Notes under the pieces: model-generated | What the model was told of the DNA's origin: nothing | Database searches by the model: none | The model's input: the letters and a program-made list of their open reading frames with translations, nothing else | Made by a program: the position numbers and the translations under genes | Shown here: positions 1-13,400 of the stretch, piece after piece | Layout of the letters: each line of letters starts with the position of its first letter | Numbering within the stretch: the first letter of the stretch is position 1 | NCBI RefSeq assembly: GCF_009914755.1 | Contig: NC_060936.1 | Length of the DNA: 64,000 bases | Source of the DNA: the human T2T-CHM13v2.0 reference genome, Homo sapiens | Direction: 5' to 3' (one strand)

Positions 1-324
<324 letters not shown>

Positions 325-1243
325 TAAGATGTTTAACTGTTGAGAGACAGAGAGGACGTGGTGTGGCATAGGAAAGGAAGGTCCTTCGGTAATAAATAAA
401 TTGGAGATTGGAGTGCTATGTTTTTCAAATTTCTGTACCCAAATTATTATTTGCCTGAGAGATTTGAGGTGGCTGCATAGAAGCAGAATGAAATTTCATG
501 GAATCTCATGGTGAGAAAGTGATTGTACTTTCAATTCACTTTCTCTCCTTCCAATTGTCAGAGAGTTGTCTCAGTTTGGGGCTACTATGTTTTTAACACC
601 TCTCAACACTTGCTAATCTTCCCTTTTTTTAACAAAAGAAGGAGCAGGTGTCAGGCTCAGAGCCTGGGGCGAGTAGCAGTGTATAGCTGGAATTTAATAA
701 TGTTCTCTTGTTTTCATTTGTATCTATTTTAAGGCCTTCCTCTATTTATAAACAGGACACTTATTTTCCATTTACAATTGTAATATGAAGTTTCCTTTTT
801 AATTGCATGTATCAAGTTAAAAAGTAAGCCAATTGCAAAAATAATAATAAGCAAATAATAGTATAGGAAACACATGCATAAATGGACAGCAATCATTATT
901 AGTCTTGTGTGGGCAGCTGAGGCTTAAGAAACATTCTATGGGAGACGTGGCTTAGGAGGAAGGAAACCTAGGTTAAGAGCCAGCTCCATCATGCACTGTG
1001 TTGCCTTGAGAAAGGTTTGTGACTCTCTGTTTTGGTGTCAATTAAACGCAGATAATAAATTTCCTATCTTATCACATAGTCAATGTGAAATAATTATATA
1101 AAGCACATAGTAGGGACTCAACAAGTGGAAACACCTGCTGTGCGTATTTTGTGACTAACATACCAATTTGCACACGTGGCATCTCTAAGGGTCCCACGTT
1201 TGGGGTAAAACAACCTTCCTTGTGATCAAAATCCCAACAGTAG

Positions 1244-1780
1244 TTTTTTTTTTTTAATTTTGTGGGTATGTAGTAGGAGTATATGTTTATGAGATATTTT
1301 GACACAGGCATGCAAAGTGTAATTATCACATCATGGAGAATGCAGTATCCATCCCCTTAAGCATTTATGCTTTGTGTTACAGACAATCCAATTATACTCT
1401 TTTATTTTAAAATGTACCATTAGGTTAATATTGGCTATAGTCACCCCATTGTGCTGTCAAATAGTAGATCTTATTCATTCTTTCTATTTTCTTTACCCAT
1501 AAACCATCCGCACCTCCCCGCTACCAACCTCCCCACTACCTTTCCCATCTGCTGGTAACCATCCTTCTACTCTCTATGTCCATGAGTTCAATTGTGTTTA
1601 TTTTTAGATTCCACAAACAAGTGAGAACATGCAGTTTGTCTTTCTGTGCCTGGCTTATTTCACTTAACGTAATGATCTCCAGTTCCATTTATGTTGTTGC
1701 AAATGATGGGATCTCATTCTTTTTATGGCTTAATAGTATTCCTTTGTGTATATGTACCACGTTTTATTTATCCATCCATG
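1244..1780 (-). mobile_element. L1MA-type 3' end fragment
   Basis: Poly-T followed by an L1MA 3' UTR-like sequence (gtatccatccccttaagcattt...gtgagaacatgcagtttgtctttctgtgcctggcttatttcactt). Confidence 0.8.
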
Positions 1781-1784
1781 TAAC

Positions 1785-2000
1785 AGTAACACTTTTTGAG
1801 CACTCACTGTGCCAGATGCTGTTATAATCCTTAGATATGTATATTATCTCATTTAACATCCTCAGTGATTCAGTGAGGTGGGGAATATTATTATCCTACT
1901 TCACAGTTGAGGCACAGGGAAGTAGGGTAACTTACCAAAATCAAACAACTAGAAAGTGGAAAAGGCAGAACTCAAATTCAATCAGCCTAATTCCAGTGTG
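1785..2000 (-). mobile_element. MIR
   Basis: Antisense MIR core (gagcactcactgtgccag...atctcattta...gaggcacaggga). Confidence 0.65.
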
Positions 2001-2085
2001 CATGCACTTAACCATTCTCAGAAACCAGACTTTCCTACATTTTGTGGACCTACAGCAAAGTTTTGTTGTTGATGATGAGGGTGAT

Positions 2086-2640
2086 TGTATTAGTTAGGAG
2101 TCCTTTATATACAAGAGATATAAGCCACACAAAGCTGGATCCAATAATAAAGGGGATGTATTGGCTCTCATACATGAAAAGTTGAATGGCTTCAGTTCCA
2201 GATAGATCCAGGAGCTAGAGCAATGTCATCCCTGTATTCATTTCTTGACGCTATTCTCCATGATGTTGATTCCATTCTTATGCAGCTGTCCCTTGGGGTG
2301 GCAAGAGTGCTACCAGAGGGCCGCACTTTTATCCTTTTTTAGCAACCTCTAGCAAAGGACAGTTTCTTCCTAATGGTTTCAACACAAGTTCCAGAATTGA
2401 GTCTCACTGGCTCTGGTTGTCCTGGCTTTGATAGGTGCTCATCTCTGAACCAACCACTGTGGCCAGGGGGCATGTGATGCTTAAAATGACCAGGGTGGGG
2501 TCATGCCCCCTTTCTGGAGCTGGAGTGAAGCCACCTCTGCTTGCATCAGATAGACTGAAAGTAGAGAAGGGGCTTGTCCCTCAGAGAAGAATCTGCTGCT
2601 CATCATAACAAGAGAGAACGGATGCTCAGCAGGGAAATTT
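2086..2640 (-). mobile_element. Old MaLR LTR (MLT1J/K-like)
   Basis: Starts tgtattagttagg; contains gagtctcactggctc...tctgaaccaaccactgtggccaggggg and ends ggatgctcagcaggg, typical of MLT1J/K. Confidence 0.55.
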
Positions 2641-3179
2641 ATGCCCTCTGTGAAATCTTATTTTTAAAATTCATTGAGAAGATTTATGGGCTACACAGGA
2701 GGGAACAGACTGGAGTTTCGTCACTTCTCTCCTACTGGTTTGTTCTGTGACAGACAACCAAATAAACTCTAGTGGGTCTCAGTGTCTTCAGTTGCTACAT
2801 GGGGCCAGTAACTCCCTCCCCACATGCCTCACAAGACTATTCTAAAAAGCACACGCAATGATGTTATTTATAAATGTAATTAACATTGTGGCTTTTTTCC
2901 CCTCCAGGGTTTCCATAAGAAGCATATTTTAGTTCAGGGTTTTTTTCCAAGTGGCAAGTACCACTCTCAAAATCCCAATGTAGTCAGCCTCTATTGGATT
3001 TTGAAGACCTGCCTTTATTCCTCCCCGCAAGACTGAAATGCCGCACATTTGGTATGGACTCAATAGCAGTTTCAAAGAGGGCATGCTATGTGCCAAGCAC
3101 TGTGCTGGATATTTTTATATGCCACCTCATTTAGTTGTCAGATGACCCTGTTCTGTCATGAGTAATAAGAAGGAGAGAG

Positions 3180-3365
3180 AATAACACAGGACAGTTAGCT
3201 CTGGAGAGCTGAGTTCAAATCCTGATTCTGCCTCGAACAGCAGCAGGACCATGGCAAGTCACTTAACCTCTCTGAACTTCAGTTTCCTCACCTGTGAAAT
3301 GGGAGCAACACAGAGGTTATGTCATAAAGTTGTTGGGAGGATATAAGGAGCTAACACATGTAGTG
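3180..3365 (+). mobile_element. MIR
   Basis: gagttcaaatcctgattctgcc...gcaagtcacttaacctctctgaacttcagtttcctcacctgtgaaatggg. Confidence 0.75.
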
Positions 3366-3999
3366 GGCATCTGCCCAAGGTCACAGAGCAGGTGTAGGTG
3401 CCTGCCCTTTCTGCTTCCAGAACCCATGCTGTACTGCCTAACAATAGAACGAAATCTCTTCTGGGGCCATGTAGGGACGTCCTTTAGCTTCCAGCAATTG
3501 CAGGGTCTCTGGGCCCCTCCAGTCTCTCCAGATTTGCTGTGTACACCCTGGCTACAATTGCCTGCTGCAATGTCTTGAAATAACTCTGCTCTTCCGGCCA
3601 GCCCCCCTCTCAGCCTCCCTCCCACAAGGCCCAGAATAGCCATGTACATCCTGGCTCCAAAACAGCCTGCATGATGCTCCCTCCCCTTTGATAATAGCTC
3701 AGCTTTGTCTAAGTTCTGGCATCTCCAGGACCACAGTGCCTCGTGCAGCCACAATGAGGCTTAAGTATGCTATGCTATCATGTAGAGATGTCATTTGATG
3801 TCAGCTACAAGGAGATGTCACCTCATCATTTTACCTGGGTGGCTGGGGAGGCAGTAAAGATGATGTTATCTCACTTTGCTGATGGAGAAACCAAAAGATT
3901 AGTGACAGGTCCATCGTGATGGTCTTATGTAACATTCCGGTGAAGCTTTACCATTGATTAAGAGAGCTCACATTTCTGTCTCACTTGGAATCTCTTTGC

Positions 4000-4465
4000 T
4001 GTGACCTGCAAGGCATTCAAAACCTGGTGCCTGCCCACCTCTCTGATCTTATCTTCTGCCTCTCTTCTCCTTTCCCATTTTTCTCAAGTCTTTCTCACCT
4101 CTTTTCAGTTTTTCAAACCCACTAAGCTATCTGTCCCACCTCAGGGCCTTTGCACATGCTGTTCTCTCGGCCTCACTTGTTCTCACTCGGCCTTCTTTTG
4201 CATGCATGGCTATTTTTTTTTTGCCATTCAGATTTCAAGCAATTCCCTCCCAGTTGCTCAACACTTCTTCCTTTGTTGCACATATCACAAATATAATTAC
4301 ACATATTTTTTCCCAGAGCACTTATTTATTTAATATCTGTCTCCCATGCTAAAATGTGAACTCCATTATAGCAGAGACCCACCTGTCTTGTTCATTAAGT
4401 TTCTGCAGAGCCCACTACAGTACCTAAATCTTGGAATCTTTCTGGCAGTAAATATTTTTGAAGGA
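4000..4465 (+). mobile_element. L2 3' fragment
   Basis: cctcagggcctttgcacatgctgttc...aatgtgaactcc...taaatatttttgaagga. Confidence 0.65.
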
Positions 4466-4632
4466 AGGAGAGATAGGTTTGCAACAATGTTATTTGGTAA
4501 GCAACATTACTCCCATTCAACAGATGATAAGATATAGGCACAGAATATCCAGGGATTTTCCTAGATCACCTCAAGGCTAAGAACATAAAAGAAATGAAAC
4601 CCGCATCCTCAGACACTTGGTCCATGGTTTTT

Positions 4633-5382
4633 ATTCTTTCTTTTTTAAATTAGGTGAAGAAAGAAATAGTTGGGTTTTTTTCTTCAATTTTTATTTTAAG
4701 TTTTGGAATACATGTGCAGGATGCGCAGGTTTGTTACATAGGTAAATGTGTGCCATGGTGGTTTGCTACAAAGATCAACTCATCACCTAGGTATTAACCC
4801 CAGTGCCCAGCATCCACTAGCTATTCTTCCTGATGCTCTCCCTCTCCCAGCCCCCTGACAGGCCCCACCATGTGTTGTTCCCCTCCCCGTGTCCATGTGT
4901 TGTCATCATTCAGCTCCCACTTAGAAGTGAGAACATGCGGTGTTTGGTTTTCTGTTCCTGCATTAGTTTGCTGAGGATAACAGCTTCCAGCTCCAACCGT
5001 GTCCCTGCAAAGGACATTATCTTGTTCCATTTTATGGCTACATAGTATTCCAGGGTGTATATATACCACATTTTCTTTATCCAGTCTATCGTTGATGGGC
5101 ATTTGGGTTCATTCCATGTCTTTGCTATTGTGAACAGTGCTGCAGTGAACATACGTGTGCATGCATCTTTATAACAGAATGATTTATACTCCTTTGGCTA
5201 TATACCCAGTAATAGGATTGCTAGGCCAAATGGTATTTCTGTTTCTAGAGCTTTGAGGAATCACCATACTGTCTTCCACAATGGCTGAACTAATTTACAC
5301 TCTCATCAGCAATGTAAAAGTGTTCCTTTTTCTCTGCAACCGTGTCAACATCTGTTGTTTCTGGACTTTTTAGTAATTGCCA
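4633..5382 (-). mobile_element. 5'-truncated old L1PA (L1PA13-16-like) 3' end with TSD
   Basis: ORF2 C-terminus in the ORF track (4910..5152) plus 3' UTR. TSD ttggtcca(t/g)ggttttt at 4617-4632 and 5383-5398. Confidence 0.9.
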
Positions 5383-5829
5383 TTGGTCCAGGGTTTTTTC
5401 TATCCCTCACAGCTGCTTTCAGAACAAAGGCACAAAACCATGATCTTCCCCAAGGGATGCCAGGAAGGACATCTCCTGGAAAATAGACTCTCTGGGCTGA
5501 TTCTTGACCTACAGATTTAAAAAATCACTGGGAAAGAAGATGGGGAAGGGAGTTCCTGGAAGAGGGAACAGTAGGTGCAAAGCATGTAACTGCCTCATTG
5601 CAAGCACTGGGCATATAATAAATCTTTTCTTGATTTACTCATTTGTTCATTCATTTATTTATATGAAATTTATTCTATATCTGCTAGGTATTATACATTT
5701 TGGGATGTACTAAAATACATAAACAAGTAATAACATTTAACACTAATAATACTAAGTATTAATGAAGTCATTAATAAATAAAAAGGATTAACATGTGGTT
5801 AACAAATAGTAAAGATTAACAATAATTAG

Positions 5830-6050
5830 TCAATCTTTAATGAGTTCATATTGTACCCCAGACACTGTATTCAGTGCCTTATAACAATGAGATAGATATT
5901 CCCTGAGACTGATGGGAGTTGTCCCCATTTTACAGAAAGGTAGACTGAGGCTTGAAGAGGTTAAATAGCTTTCTCATTTTACTCAGCCCAAAAGTGGCAA
6001 AGCTGGAAATGGAATTTAGGTACTTTGAGTCAAAAGTCCAAGTTCACAAT
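5830..6050 (-). mobile_element. MIR
   Basis: ccccattttacaga...actgaggcttgaagaggttaaatagc. Confidence 0.65.
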
Positions 6051-6754
6051 CTGTTGGTCACCTTGCTCTTCCTATAGCTCTTCTCTGGTACAGAGTCTAG
6101 CATATTATAAAATATTTCTAATGAAAATGACACGAGCATTCCTTAGAAGTGTCAGCTACTATCAGAAATCTTTTCCCCCTCCCCACTTCTTCTGATGCTT
6201 CCTAGAGTGGAGACAAGCCAGTTACTGTCTGGTCTCCCTAGAGGACACACTCCAGCTCCATTCCCCTACCTCTCTTCCTCTTTCTCCTCCCTTTTTCTTT
6301 CAGAGCCATTGTTCTCTTAACATGTTTTGCCTTCCCTCTAAGGCTTCCCCTGCCAATAGCAGCTATATTTGGTGTCTTCCACCCCATCTTGCAATGGTGT
6401 GTGTGAGTCCTGCAGTGAAGAGGTCTGTGATCACCACCCCACCCGCAGCAGAGCCAGACAGAAAAAGTTGCCTTCAAATCCTGCAATTACCTCTCCTTAG
6501 ATTGCAGCTATTTAGCTGGAGACACCTCTGCCCAGCCCTCCTCTGTGCCCAGCAAGCTCAAGGTCTGTGAACAATAGAGCAGCAATTCAGGGCCTCCGGA
6601 GCAGTCCTCAGCCCTGTAACCACTTCTGTTTGGGTCTTGGATTAAGAAATATTGATTCTACCAATTAAACATCCCCTTCCCTACCCACCCTGTCCCTTTC
6701 TACTTGACATTCAACCCCTTGACAACTATATTGAAAAGACTCAGAATGCTGCTT

Positions 6755-7215
6755 TTATTCATTCATTCATTCATTCATTCATTTGTTCATTTGTTCATTT
6801 TGTTTGTGTGACAGGTGCTGTGACAACCAGATACAGGTACCAGTTAATAACATACCTGTTTGTTTCTCGCTATGTAGTGGGGTTACAGAAAAGGCACATT
6901 TATCAAGGACTTGGGGAGCCAGAGGAAGCTTACAGAGGAAGTACTGATTAGGATAAAACTTAAGGTATATGCAATCATTGGCCATGACCAGGAAAGAAGA
7001 GAGGAGCAGTGCATGTGTCCCCACTATGTGCCAAGAGTGATGTGAAAGAGGGCCTGGCCCACATTAGGGAAATGTCTCCCTGGCTACATTGTAGGGTGAA
7101 AGTTGAGAATTGAGAGAGTGGAAGCTGGGGAGGTGGAAAGGGATTCTGCTGTGCAACATAAGGGACATGATCTTATCTTAAAGGCAGTGGGAGCCACAGA
7201 AGGTTTTAGGCAGTT
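6755..7215 (-). mobile_element. L2 fragment with (CATT)n tail
   Basis: attcattcattc tail followed by degenerate antisense L2 (ggcagtgggagccacagaaggttttaggcag). Confidence 0.55.
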
Positions 7216-8897
7216 GCATCTTCTCCATATCTCATGTCGCTGCTACCCTGGCTCTTGACTACTCTTCTATATCTTTCTACCAAGAAATTTTTATCCATTA
7301 CCAAGTCATACCCTGTTAGCCCAGGACTATCTATCCCTCAAGCAAACCAGATTTCAAGACTGAAATGTCCAGAATCTCTGGGGAAAGGAGAGAGGGTGCA
7401 GAGTCCCTTCATGTTGGAGGTCAGTAGAAGATTTGTGTTGACTGGTTCATCAGCCAGTTCTCTGCTTCATGTCAATCCAATCTTCTGTATGCTGAGGAAC
7501 CATGATTAGTAGAGTGAAAGCCCTAGGGTGGAAGTTGAAAGTCTGGACTAGGCACTGCCCTGACTTTGTGTAGATTTAACCCACTTTTCCAGATCTCAGT
7601 CTCTCCATCTATAAAATGAAGTAATTAGAGGCTCTTTCGGCTTTGATATTTCATGAACTAATGGGTATCCAGGAAGAGCAAAATGATATCTGAGAAAACA
7701 ATTACCTGAAAATACCTGCATATTAATATACGATGCACAAACTCTTTTCCTTGGAATTACTCACTTCGGTGGACAGATGAACAAAATAGGAGAAAATAAA
7801 GTGTCCAGGAGAGCCATGGATCCAAAGTGGAAATGTCTATTGATATGCCACTCCTATCCCACACTGTTGAACATGGATGGGCATTTTCACATGTATCCAT
7901 GTGAGCGCTCCCACACATTTATGTGACATGGATAACTACCTGTGTGTACATTAACACTCATGCACGTACACATTCACACTCATTTACACCCTCATCCATT
8001 TACCCAAATGCACTGAGGGCTTTCAGTATCTTAAGTGTTCCTTATGGCAGTCAGGTCTCTGAGTGTTCTGTAGGAATTAGTAGAGTTTGTGTATTATCTG
8101 TAATTTCTTTCACAAGACCCCCTCCCAAGTATGGCCCAAAAGAACAAAAGAATGAGGCCCGGGACTTCAACCGTGTAACACTCAGCTTCTCATTCTATCT
8201 TTAGCCCTGGAGAATTTCTCTCATATGCTGGATCCTCTGTATTTTACATTCCAGGCTTTCCAATTCCCAAAGGACATAATGACCTCTGAAGACAGCTTCT
8301 GGGATGAGATCAGCTCACGCCCGCTCTTATCAAACATCTTATCAACCTAACTCATAGTGTGAGATGAAAGGAGGAACACAATCCCTACTTGCCAATTAAA
8401 TCCTGGTCACTGGCTAGTTTGCTTTAAGAATGTAGCCCTAAACGATACCACGTCCCTTCCCCACCTCCTCCTGTAGGACACTGGAGTGTTACTTTCTGTT
8501 CTCATCTGAGCATGCCTACTCCCTCCGTGCACCTCTTAGTATGGAATGTGTGTGTGTGTGGGCATGTGTGCGCATGTGCACATGCAACAGCATGTGTGAC
8601 AAGCCTGTGTACTCAGCAGCAGAAAAGTCCTTGAAGGTTGAAGGAATGAATAATGGAAGGAAAACAATCGCCACCCTGTCAAGCACCAGACCGAAAATTC
8701 TTCAAGATGGACTCAAAAATAGCAATGTTTCCCGCATGTTAATTATCTTGTTCCAACGGTGGGGGCAGAGTGTCCTTGAGATGTGGTTAGAAAAGAAAAA
8801 AAGGTGTAGCCCTGCGTGTGCACTTGGGTGTGTTGGCAGAACTTCCGCTCAAATCCAGGGGCTTTGCTGATTCATGTTTCCTAGAGCCTGACGGCGG

Positions 8898-8918
8898 TTC
8901 AGCACCAGGGACAGCGAC
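8898..8918 (+). promoter_or_regulatory. RE1/NRSE (REST binding site)
   Basis: TTCAGCACCAGGGACAGCGAC versus consensus TTCAGCACCnnGGACAGCGCC: both half-sites intact with a 2-nt spacer, in unique sequence. Confidence 0.88.
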
Positions 8919-9228
8919 CACTGATTAAATAACAGGCTGCAATGAATCCAACCATGAAAGCACTACCTGGCTGTTGCAGCCGTCCTTGCCTATTGAACCT
9001 ACTAGTTACATTACTTTTCAGGTGTCTCTCACTTTTACGGAATGCGTGCTATTGAAAAGTTCTGTGTAAATCTATATTTTATAATGTGGTCAATCTTGAA
9101 ACACATTTACTTATTTCCAAACAATCTTCCAAGGGGTTGAGGCAGGAAGCTAGAAGATTTTGTCCCCCTCATTTCTGAAAAGATAGATGTGTCCTATAAC
9201 TTAGTAGTTAAAAGTGTGATAGGATATA

Positions 9229-9432
9229 CCAGAATTTCTTGGCATTATTGACATATGGGGCTGGATAATTATTTGGGTTACTGCTCTGTGCATGATAAGA
9301 GACTTGCAGCTTCCCTGGCCTCGACACACTAGATTCTTATTGTATTTCCCCAGTTGTGACAACCAAAAGTGTCTCCAGATATTTTTAAATGTCCCCAGAG
9401 GGAAAAAATATCCCACCTCCATTGAAAATCTA
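9229..9432. mobile_element. MER20 (hAT-Charlie)
   Basis: ggcattattgacatatggggctggataatt...cccagttgtgacaaccaaaagtgtctccagat. Confidence 0.8.
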
Positions 9433-9444
9433 TGGATAGATATG

Positions 9445-10299
9445 CAGTCATGCGTCACTTATAAATGGGAATACATTCTGAAGTATGCATTGTTATGCAA
9501 ACATCATAGAGTGTACTTACACCAATCTAGATGGGATAGCCTACTTCACACCTAGGCTGTATGGTACAGCTTGCTGCACCTAGGCTACCAACCTGCACAG
9601 CATGTTACTATACTGAATTCTGTAGGCAACTGTAACACAATGGTAAGTGTTTGTGTATATAAGCATATCTAAATGCAGAAAAGGTACATTAAAATACAGT
9701 AGAAAAGATTTTAAAAGTGGTTTATCTGTATAGGGCACTTGCTGGAGATTTCAGGGCTGGGAGTTGCTCCTGGTGAGCCAGGGAGAGAATGGTGAGTGAA
9801 TGTGAAGAACTAGGACATTACTGTACACTACTGTAGACTTGATAAACACTGTAAACTTAAGCTACGCTCAATTTATTTTTTAAATAAGTTTCTTTCTTCA
9901 ATAATAGATTAACCTTAGCTTACTTGTGCTTTTTGGGCTGTATAAACTTTTTCATTTATTTAAGCTTTTCATTATTTTACAGTAGCACTTAAATGCAAAC
10001 ACACTGTGCAGCTGTACAAAAAAAAATCTTTATATCCTTATTCTACTAGCTTTTTTGATTAAAAAAATTTCTTTTTACTTTTTAAACTTTTTTCAGCTTA
10101 AACAAGTTAAACCTTTAAACTGTTTTAAACTTTCAAACTGTCTTAAAAACTAAGACACAAACACACACTTTAGCCTAAGGTCAGGATACCAAGATATCAC
10201 TAGGTGATAAGAATTTTTCATCTACATTATAATCGCATGGGACCACCATCTATGTATGGCTTGCCATTAACCGAAAGACTGTTATGCAGTGCACAGCCA
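9445..10299. mobile_element. Tigger3 (Golem)-family non-autonomous DNA transposon
   Basis: Termini cagtcatgcgtcactta... and ...ccgaaagactgttatgcagtgcac; internal cctaggctgtatggtacagc typical of Tigger3a/b. Confidence 0.8.
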
Positions 10300-10505
10300 T
10301 GCCTGGATTTGAATCCTGGCTCTGCCACTTATTAGTGGCCCTAGGCAATGGGCCTACCAGATTCATGGCTTTAGTTTCTCATATGCAAAATGAAGACAAC
10401 ATTAATATTACCTTATGGGGTTACTGTGTGGACTGAATAAGATATTGTTTGTCAACTTATTTAGCAAAGTGCTAGACACATAGTAAGCCTTCAGTAGATG
10501 CCAGT
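10300..10505 (+). mobile_element. MIR (its 5' end probably lies at ~9205, split by MER20 and Tigger3)
   Basis: gcctggatttgaatcctggctctgccactta...cacatagtaagc. Confidence 0.7.
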
Positions 10506-10779
10506 GTCATGAATAAGGTTGTTTTTGTCATCCTCATGATCATTATCATCTCAGCCATTTAACTTCAATGGTTTACGTTATCACATTTCTAAATAATTCA
10601 TTTAGAAAACATTACTGGTATCTACTAAATACTTGGCACTCTGCTAGGCAATAGATGTTCAAAGATGAACAAGCCACAGTCTCTTTCCCTAAATAATTAG
10701 TAAGTTCCAGATTTAATGTCATGGTTATCAATGCACATGACTCCCATGGCCATGTATGCATGAGACTTTATTGTGCATT

Positions 10780-11180
10780 TATTAGTAAGGATAGGCTTGG
10801 TTGTGCTATAGTAACAACCAGCCCCAAAATGTCAGGGGCTTAGAACAACAAAGGTTCCTTTTCATGTTTATACTACATGTTTGTCATGGGCTGGCCAGAG
10901 ACCCTCCTCCATGTTTTCCTCTCTCAAGAGCCAAAACTGAATGAATCATCTAGAATGTCTGTAGTTACTAAGACAGAGGAAAGGGGGAAAAGGCGAATCA
11001 CTCTTGCCTTAAAACTTCTAGCCAGAATTTTCACACATCAATTACGTCCACACTTCACTTGTCAAAGAAAGCCATGGCACCATGGTACCTAAATTCAAGG
11101 GGAAGAGTAAATGCAATCCTATTTTGTGCCTGGAAGAAGAACCAAGGTATTAATTAACAGCCTTAATAACTACCACACAA
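10780..11180 (-). mobile_element. Old MaLR LTR (MLT1-type)
   Basis: tattagtaaggataggcttggttgtgctatagtaacaaccagccccaaaatgtcaggggcttagaacaacaaagg. Confidence 0.55.
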
Positions 11181-12464
11181 CAATTTTACAAATGCTAGAC
11201 ATTGGTCTCTGGGAAATATTATGAGTAAGAGTGAAAGAGTGAATCTTGTGAGTAAGAGTAAAACCCTTCCCACTAATAGAAACAATTCAGTAAATAAAGA
11301 ATACCATCAAACACAAAATATAGTATCTATTCTCTTGTGAATGAAGATGGGAGAGACAGAAACAGAGAGAGATGGGGAAATTGAGATCAGTGGAGCCTCT
11401 CATCTCCATTCCTAAACCCATGTAAGAGCCCCAGGCTTTAACATACCATGATCCTGGGCTATATACTAACAACATAAGAAGAGCTCATACTTTCAAAAAG
11501 AAAACAAGAAGCAAAAAATACCCCCACATCTGGTTGATCTTATTATCTTCTGAAAATAATTAACAAGAAAATTTTAATGGGAGCAGGGTGAGAGCAACTC
11601 CATTGATTTACAACTCAAATAGGAATGAATAATCCACATCAAGGCTTCATTGGCCATTTCATTTTGGCTTCCAAAAGCCCCATTATTAATTCATTTCTAA
11701 AGTGATCTCCCTCATTCCCAAGGGGTATATCCTGGTAACTACGTGCTTACAATACTCTATTTGATTAAAATTTAACAAGCTATGTTATTGGCAAATAAAC
11801 TATTTATTTCAGTGCTGTTGCCAATGCCAAAAGGAATGTTTCAAACAAAGGAATGAAGTTGACACACTAAAGAGATTGTCATTAATAATTTACAATAGCC
11901 AAAAAATGCACACATATAATTTTTTTTAGTGATGGCACTGGAGTATGAAAAGCCAGAGGAGTCAGCCAAAGTCCTCTGGTTTCCTGTTTATTAAAAGAGG
12001 AAAACCAAAAACTTGAACTTAGGTTGGCATGTGGTGTAGTGGAAAGAACACTTCAGAAAACTAGCTATAACTCCGCTCTTAACCTGCTGTGTGACCTTAG
12101 GCAAGCCACTTAACCTCATTTTCCTCTTTTCAAAATGAGGCTAAGAAAAACCTTGCTTATTTAAAGCTTAGGGGTTTGTCGGGATAAACTGAGAGAAAAT
12201 ATATAAATGTACTTTGGAATGCAGAAAGTGCTTTATAAATGTCTTATACTGATAAGAGCTTCTCCTCCTTGCTCCTCAAACCAGACACCAATTTACCAGG
12301 CATAAATTTGTGGAAAAGGGGGAAAAAATGGTTTTCTCTAGCATTTTTTTGGATGTGTATTGTCAGGAAAAAACACAAGTAAAGTTCAGCTTCAGTTGAT
12401 AATGAAGACATTAATATGAGCGAACTGCCCCCATGAATCCTTAATTCCCCTGCTTTACTGATAA

Positions 12465-12720
12465 CAATACGAGTTATGATTTGCTTAGCATTTAACTAAC
12501 ATATACTAGGAATCATGTTAACCTCTTTATATATATTATGTATTATCTCACAACCACTTCAATGAGGTGGGTACTATTAACATTCTCATTTTCTAGAGAA
12601 GAAAATTGAGGCTCACAGAAGTAGGTTACTTGTCCAAGGCCACCCAGCTAATAAGGGGTAGGACCAGCAATCAAGAACCTACCTCAGATCTGTCCAGCTC
12701 CAGAGCCTCAATTCTAAATC
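12465..12720 (-). mobile_element. MIR
   Basis: aatgaggtgggtactattaacattctcatttt...gaggctcacagaagtaggttacttgtccaaggccacccagc. Confidence 0.75.
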
Positions 12721-12951
12721 TCTTGTCTCCTTTGGTTCTCACATTGGTTGGGAACACACTGTTCTGAGTTGACCCCTGCCCTCCATCAAAAATGTAGACA
12801 GCTCCAAGTGAGTCAGATCCCCTGACTGAAACAGGGAAATATCAGCCAATTTGAATACCAGGCCCACTTGACTAAAGGTTGTTTCCATTGAACTATGTAG
12901 GACCTAACACAGTTGACAGCCCAGAGTAGGAGTTTAAAAAAATCCATGGGT

Positions 12952-13268
12952 GGCCAGGTGCGGTGGTTCATGCTTGTAATCCCAGCACTTTGGGAGGCTG
13001 AAGCGGGAAGATCACAAGGTCAGGCATTTGAGACCAGCCTGGCCAACATAGTGAAACCCCGTCTCTACTAAAAATACAAAAATTAGCCCGGCGTGGTGGC
13101 AAGTGCCTGTAGTCCCAGCTACTTAGGAGACTGAAGCAGGAGAATCGCTTGAACCCATAAGGAGGAGCTTGCAGGGAGGCAGAGGTTGCAGTGAGCCGAG
13201 ATTGTGCCACTGCACTCCAGCTTGGGCAACAGAGCAAGACTCCATCTCAAAATAAAATAAAATAAAAT
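12952..13268 (+). mobile_element. AluSg-like SINE with a 17-nt insertion in the right arm
   Basis: Full Alu; TSD aatccatgggt at 12941-12951 and 13269-13279. Confidence 0.93.
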
Positions 13269-13285
13269 AATCCATGGGTCAGTGG

Positions 13286-13400
13286 TTGAATGGATGCATG
13301 GATGGATGGATGGATGGACAGATAGATGGATGAGTGGATGGATGGATGCATAAATGGGTGGATGGGTGGATGGGTGGGTGACTGGATAGATGAAAAAATG
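13286..13400 (+). repeat. (TGGA)n degenerate microsatellite
   Basis: ggatggatggatggatgg runs; source of the HPS-rich spurious minus-strand ORFs. Confidence 0.9.
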
